This document shows, in pieces, positions 63,190 to 64,000 of a stretch of DNA of 64,000 nt. This stretch comes from Nostoc sp. (lineage in GTDB: Bacteria; Cyanobacteriota; Cyanobacteriia; Cyanobacteriales; Nostocaceae): the NCBI GenBank assembly GCA_036918135.1, contig JBALDB010000002.1, forward strand, positions 239,633-303,632, given 5' to 3'. Position 1 is the first letter of the stretch; each line of letters begins with the position of its first letter. A model generated the notes under the pieces. It did not search any database. It was given only the letters and a program-made list of their open reading frames with translations, and was not told where the DNA came from. The position numbers and the translations under genes were made by a program.

Positions 63190-63771
63190 ATGAAAAATAA
63201 CCGCAACGGTCAAGCGGCTATCTTATCTGATACGGAATATTCTAAAATCCGCAAGCAGATAAGAAGCCAAAAATATAAATTACTTTTAGACCTGGCTTGG
63301 TACACCGGGGAAAGATGGGGGGCTTTGGTGAAGTTGCAAATTACGGATGTCTACAATCCTGACGGTAGTCCGCGAGAGTATATCAATTTTCAGGCCAGAA
63401 GCCGCAAGGCTACACCCGATGGCAAGCGAAAAACTCGTCAAGTCCCTGTACACGCGATTCTGGCTGAGTCGCTGTTATCTTACAAAGTTGGTTGTGATTC
63501 ATTATGGCTATTTCCTTCCCGCGATGGCTCTAAACCAATTACCAGCCGATGGGCTGATGCAATTTTACGTAAAGCTGTTGACCGTGCTGGGTTGGTTATT
63601 AAGGGCATCAGCACCCACAGCACCCGCCGCACTTTCATCACTAAGCTACACCGCAATGGGACTGACCTTTACACCATTAAGCAGATTACCGGACACCAAG
63701 ATTTTAAGTCACTGGAGCGCTACGTGGAAATTGACAGCGATCGCGTCCGTGGGGCCATCAACGCGCTATAA
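63190..63771 (+). CDS. Short tyrosine recombinase (catalytic domain only)
   Basis: YTGER (R), RK, HSTRR (HxxR), TGH, ERY (Y); 193 aa with no arm- or core-binding N-domain. Confidence 0.92.
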   Translation: MKNNRNGQAAILSDTEYSKIRKQIRSQKYKLLLDLAWYTGERWGALVKLQITDVYNPDGSPREYINFQARSRKATPDGKRKTRQVPVHAILAESLLSYKVGCDSLWLFPSRDGSKPITSRWADAILRKAVDRAGLVIKGISTHSTRRTFITKLHRNGTDLYTIKQITGHQDFKSLERYVEIDSDRVRGAINAL

Positions 63772-64000
63772 GCTCACTACCCAAAATTCAAAGGAGCGGA
63801 TAACCTGAAATTTACAATTACTTAAGCCTTTCTACTGCGCGATCGCACTTTCATCTGTTGACAAGTGCGATGCCTGCGGCGGGCTTTGCCTACGCATTTT
63901 TTATGCCTTGCTGATAAGCTGTATTGAAGTGTCACACGTCAATAGAGAGTTTTTTATGAGTAAAGGTGGACAAACTCAAGGGACTTGGGGAAGTGGCAGC

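Larger units (their letters stand above)
55435..63771. mobile_element. Putative integrated virus-like element (small or defective prophage) with tyrosine recombinase
   Basis: 11 tightly packed minus-strand unknown genes plus a divergent recombinase; no HIP1 seen between 54674 and 63736; att sites not found. Confidence 0.65.

Noticed and set aside
63347..63808. 153-aa ORF overlapping the recombinase in another frame
   Set aside because: It lies almost wholly within a gene with clear catalytic motifs and has no recognisable features.
55400..64000. attL/attR direct repeats or a tRNA target for the element
   Set aside because: I found no convincing direct repeat or tRNA by eye at either end; the boundaries remain approximate and the element could extend beyond the window.

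Overview
Chromosomal segment of a heterocyst-forming cyanobacterium (Nostoc/Anabaena-like). This is inferred from frequent HIP1 octamers (GCGATCGC), STRR-type short tandem repeats and gene content. Core content: a PP2C/CHAT-FHA/PrsW signalling cluster; the nitrate assimilation operon nirA-nrtP-narB-(psiE-like)-narM with an NtcA-type promoter and divergent Rieske and nirB-like genes; a helical carotenoid protein; three tandem Yfr2-like sRNA genes; purH; coaBC; a site-2 protease; and an M16 peptidase pair. There are three accessory zones. (1) A decayed PvuII-like restriction-modification locus at about 23.2-24.8 kb. (2) A decaying island at about 32-40.5 kb with a sigma/DUF1822/CHAT-STAND relic, a GC-rich TetR-oxidoreductase insert, an ISAs1 remnant and toxin-antitoxin-like cassettes, one flanked by 48-bp direct repeats. 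(3) The best novelty candidate, an ~8.3 kb HIP1-depleted virus-like element at 55.4-63.8 kb. It has 11 co-oriented unknown genes, a divergent short tyrosine recombinase and a 17-7-17 palindrome, but no recognisable capsid, terminase, portal or replication gene. All calls come from reading the sequence and recalling family motifs; no database searches were run.
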